The notes under the pieces were generated by a model. That model saw nothing but the letters and a program-made list of their open reading frames with translations. It did not search any database and was not told the DNA's origin. The translations under genes and the position numbers were made by a program. Positions 61,056-64,000 of a stretch of DNA of 64,000 nucleotides are shown piece after piece (the first letter of the stretch is position 1; each line of letters begins with the position of its first letter). The DNA is from a virus: positions 3,072 through 67,071 of the IMG/VR virus record IMGVR_UViG_3300015371_000027, one strand, 5' to 3'.

Positions 61056-62048
61056 ATGGCAGAGTTACCGCCTATTCCAGAAGAACAGAAGGGTTATCAA
61101 TACGAGATTATAGCCGACTCCGTTAATAAGATAACGGGTGATAGAATTACTACGTTCGAGTTAAAGTATCCTCTTATTGTCCATGCGGAGTTCTGCCGCC
61201 ATAGATGTTTCTCTCGCTCTGTTGCTTCTAATAGAACCATTCGCACAGAACGAATTATACAGATGGTAGAAGAGGACCCTTTCATTCCAGAAAGATTCCC
61301 TATCGAACAAAAAGGGATGCAAGCAGAGGGATTTTATGAACTTGGGAGTAAAGAATACGATCAGTGTAAAGAAGTATGGCTAAGAGGAAGATTAGATGCT
61401 ATAGCTCATGCGAAGGAGTTAATATCTCTAGGTGTCCATAAACAAATAGCTAATAGAGTTTTAGCACCTTATCAATGGGTAAGAGAGGTTATTACAGGAA
61501 CGGATGAAGGATATGCTAATTTCTTCGCCTTACGCGATCATTCCGCAGCACAGGGAGAGTTATCTAAAATGGCTAGGATGATGAAGAAAGAGTACTTAAG
61601 GAGGATACCTGCTCCTAGAAGCCCAGGAGATTTTTTTGTATATTCATCTCATATACCATTTATGAGATCATTTGATGAGAAACAAAGTTTAATATCTACA
61701 TACGGACGTATGTCAGCACATCCTGGTGCTAGTCTTGCAGTAAATAATAAATTCTTAAATCTAGTAAATAACTGCATAAAAGATAAGAATAATCTATCAC
61801 TTCTAGCTTTTGCTATCTCCGCAGCTAGATGCGCGAGAACTTCTCTTTTACTTTACGAGGGAAAGGAGTTTACTTACGAGGAAGACCTTAACTTGTACTG
61901 TAGACTAATAGAAAATACACCTCGACATGTTAGCCCTACAGAGCATCAGGCTATGCCTATCTCTGAAAGCAAATATGTGCATAACTTGAAGGGATGGAGA
62001 AGTCATAGAGATATGATTAAAGATAATACAATTACGGAGATAAGTTAA
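61056..62048 (+). CDS. thyX: Flavin-dependent thymidylate synthase
   Basis: AEFCRHRCFSRSVASNR (RHRx7S), HKQIANRVLAP, NFFALRDHSAAQGE. Confidence 0.88.
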   Translation: MAELPPIPEEQKGYQYEIIADSVNKITGDRITTFELKYPLIVHAEFCRHRCFSRSVASNRTIRTERIIQMVEEDPFIPERFPIEQKGMQAEGFYELGSKEYDQCKEVWLRGRLDAIAHAKELISLGVHKQIANRVLAPYQWVREVITGTDEGYANFFALRDHSAAQGELSKMARMMKKEYLRRIPAPRSPGDFFVYSSHIPFMRSFDEKQSLISTYGRMSAHPGASLAVNNKFLNLVNNCIKDKNNLSLLAFAISAARCARTSLLLYEGKEFTYEEDLNLYCRLIENTPRHVSPTEHQAMPISESKYVHNLKGWRSHRDMIKDNTITEIS

Positions 62049-62275
62049 TGCCAGAAGAATCTAAGTGGGGCTACTATAATAACGATCCTCCATGCGAACA
62101 TCTCTTAGCTTTACGTAAATTTCTGGAAGAAAAAGATATGGAAGTATGGTCAGAACATGGAACTGGCCCGCATGGTTGGGTGAATGTTCACTGTGCAGCT
62201 TGCAAGAAGACTTACGAAACAACTCTACAAACTCCCTGGGAAGAAGTAGCATACTCATCGTTAAGCTTGTTTTAG
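62048..62275 (+). CDS. Small Cys/His protein
   Basis: CEH...HCAAC. Confidence 0.55.
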   Translation: MPEESKWGYYNNDPPCEHLLALRKFLEEKDMEVWSEHGTGPHGWVNVHCAACKKTYETTLQTPWEEVAYSSLSLF

Positions 62276-62276
62276 A

Positions 62277-62912
62277 TTGAAGTGGACTCAAATGATTATC
62301 TGTCTGTGTGGATCGACGAGGTTTAAGGAAGAGTTCGAGAAAGTTAACCAGCAGTTAACTCTGGAAGGACACATAGTCCTCTCTTGCGGAGTATGGAAGA
62401 AACCCGAGGGAGAACCCGATTGGTCCGAATGTGTGAAGGATAAACTAGACGAATTACATCTTCGTAAAATTGAGTTAGCAGAAGAAATTTATATAGTAAA
62501 TGTATTCGGTTACATTGGTAGCTCTACCCGTAGAGAGATTAGATATGCGTTAGAGATAGGAAAGAAAATAAGTTTTCTAGAATCTTATATACATAGTGAT
62601 CGTGATCTTCTTAATAAAGAACTAGAAGAATGGAAGCGTAAAAAGAATACAGAATATTACGTGTATCCTGATAAAAATAAGTCAGAAGAAGCAGGAGCAG
62701 TTCGTGTTATTAACGAACATACGTATGATTTAGAAAAGAAGAAAGTAAAAGCAAGCGACACATACGAAGTAAATTCTGGTAGTATAGAAACACAGTTCGA
62801 TATATGGTTAAGATATGGTAGAGAGCGTAAATTTATAAAAGATAAACCGCTCGGAAACTATATTTCTCAAGCATTTCTTGAGAGCCTAGCGACAGATACT
62901 AAAGCTAAGTAG
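62277..62912 (+). CDS. Nucleoside 2-deoxyribosyltransferase-like (flavodoxin-like fold) protein
   Basis: ICLCGSTRFKEEF...HLRKIELAEEIYIVNVFGYIGSSTRREIRYA. Confidence 0.6.
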   Translation: MKWTQMIICLCGSTRFKEEFEKVNQQLTLEGHIVLSCGVWKKPEGEPDWSECVKDKLDELHLRKIELAEEIYIVNVFGYIGSSTRREIRYALEIGKKISFLESYIHSDRDLLNKELEEWKRKKNTEYYVYPDKNKSEEAGAVRVINEHTYDLEKKKVKASDTYEVNSGSIETQFDIWLRYGRERKFIKDKPLGNYISQAFLESLATDTKAK

Positions 62913-62916
62913 ACAC

Positions 62917-62972
62917 AAAAATAGGGGGCATCTCTTTCCATCTCTGGAAGGAAATGTCCCCTATTTTTTTTT
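62917..62972. terminator. Bidirectional terminator between converging arms
   Basis: AAAAATAGGGG...CCCCTATTTTTTTTT hairpin. Confidence 0.85.
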
Positions 62973-62981
62973 GTACCTGTT

Positions 62982-63533
62982 TTATAGATTTGTATACTTC
63001 TTTACTTTCTCGAGAAACATATCTACCGGAAAGAAAGGACCCGGATCAGTATGTGTTCCCATCTTATACGCTTCCGTAATCATCCTATGTGTGGTGAAGC
63101 CTTTAGCAGTAGGTTTACTTTTCAGAGATACTGCATCGAGATAGACAGCAGGTATATGATATTTAGGGCACAAAACTTTAGCGCAGAGTTGAGCTACATT
63201 ATCTATCATGTTAAGACTATATTCGTCTTTCCATTCCGCTAAACTCTGTCTAGCATAACCTGCCATCTCGATATGTATTCCGTCTTTATTAGCTCCTGGC
63301 GCTCCGTAGGCTACATCTTTACACTGAACACACTGGACAATGCTATTATTATCTACGCAGTAATGGGCACTAGCTTTCCTATTCAAGTTATGGAAGTAAT
63401 TAGCTACCGCTTCTGCTGTAGCTCCCTTTTCAGGTGCTTCCATACTGTGAAGAACTATGAGCCTAATATATGTTCTATTAGCAGGTGTATACTGCTTAGC
63501 CTGCAAGAACGGTATATTATTGAAGTCTATCAT
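62982..63533 (-). CDS. Endolysin, N-acetylmuramoyl-L-alanine amidase (Amidase_2)
   Basis: IVLHSME, ASAHYCVD, GIHIEMAG, TTH, HTDPG. Confidence 0.92.
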   Translation of the reverse strand: MIDFNNIPFLQAKQYTPANRTYIRLIVLHSMEAPEKGATAEAVANYFHNLNRKASAHYCVDNNSIVQCVQCKDVAYGAPGANKDGIHIEMAGYARQSLAEWKDEYSLNMIDNVAQLCAKVLCPKYHIPAVYLDAVSLKSKPTAKGFTTHRMITEAYKMGTHTDPGPFFPVDMFLEKVKKYTNL

Positions 63534-63535
63534 AA

Positions 63536-63772
63536 TTACGTTTCTACTTTAGGGTCCTTATTAACAGCCTCTCGAACTCCTGCCTTAATCTCCGCTCCTT
63601 TCATAACAGTATCCCTCACGAATACTGCCATCCATAGTCCTACTGCGATCTGAATCTCTCCCTCTGTAGGTTGTCTATGCTGGAACCCGAAAATCCAGAT
63701 AGCTCCAGCTAGAGTTGTAATTAGCGCAGTCCAGAATGTTTTACTCTTCCAGAAATCATATGCCCCGCTCAT
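63536..63772 (-). CDS. Holin (putative)
   Basis: 78 aa, WKSKTFW start, two hydrophobic segments, next to endolysin. Confidence 0.75.
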   Translation of the reverse strand: MSGAYDFWKSKTFWTALITTLAGAIWIFGFQHRQPTEGEIQIAVGLWMAVFVRDTVMKGAEIKAGVREAVNKDPKVET

Positions 63773-63999
63773 TTTTTATGTTTCTCCTGTATCTTATAGT
63801 GTATTTCATAGTCATCTAATATCTCTAATATATCAGAGATACCAAATAGACTGCATTGCAGACCTTCGAGGTAGCGTTCATCACCCGCTCTTTCGGGATA
63901 CTTTTCTAGATACTGTCCAAAATATATTTTTACTGTCGCGATAATTCTAGCGTAAGCTTCTACCTTAGCGGGCGTATGAGTTAGAGCCTTTATAATATT
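63769..63999 (-). CDS. Partial hypothetical protein entering from right edge
   Basis: Open frame ...NIIKALTHTPAKVEAYARII...QEKHKK stop; TGA overlaps holin ATG. Confidence 0.55.
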   Translation of the reverse strand, partial: NIIKALTHTPAKVEAYARIIATVKIYFGQYLEKYPERAGDERYLEGLQCSLFGISDILEILDDYEIHYKIQEKHKK

Positions 64000-64000
64000 A

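Noticed and set aside
29968-62912. Many antisense and alternate-frame ORFs in the track (e.g. 30073-30486, 38306-38622, 40697-41122, 44220-44849)
   Set aside because: Shadows of real genes, often poly-Ser/Phe/Leu mirrors of K/E/D-rich sequence, with no RBS or motifs.
1-64000. Stop-codon reassignment
   Set aside because: Long conserved genes are intact under code 11; the terL break is a frame change, and the gap at 1-1492 is an edge-truncated ORF.
1-64000. Prophage / lysogeny module or Ro60 partner for Y-RNA-like elements
   Set aside because: No integrase, att site, host gene or TROVE-domain protein is recognisable in the window; such genes could lie outside it.

Overview
The whole window is tailed dsDNA bacteriophage genome (siphovirus-type, standard genetic code, host not determinable). 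The left arm (1-27.0 kb, minus strand) is the virion and packaging module. It holds minor tail proteins, tape measure, frameshifted tail chaperones, tail tube, head-tail genes, major capsid, decoration, scaffold, fibre-like genes, portal, a large terminase split by a -1 frameshift, an intein-containing papain-like peptidase and a probable small terminase. A non-coding centre (27.0-29.7 kb) carries tandem repeats, long palindromes, inverted repeats and a probable large structured RNA. The right arm (29.7-62.9 kb, plus strand) starts with many small early-type ORFs, followed by SNF2 helicase, macrodomain, SLOG, DNA methyltransferase, RuvC-like, UDG, Cas4-like nuclease, cold-shock protein, Sak4-like ATPase, SSB, PolA, primase-helicase and ThyX. 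Amidase and holin converge from the right edge. No integrase is visible. The strongest unexplained signals are: (1) seven intergenic tRNA-like elements that keep the acceptor stem, T-arm and D-loop GG but lack a normal anticodon arm; (2) an asymmetric motif CTTCCAGAGATA/TATCTCTGGAAG repeated genome-wide, imprinted on protein sequences and present in most tRNA-like elements; (3) a ~0.9 kb ORF-poor structured transcript leading into those elements. All protein calls come from motif recognition and gene order, not database searches.
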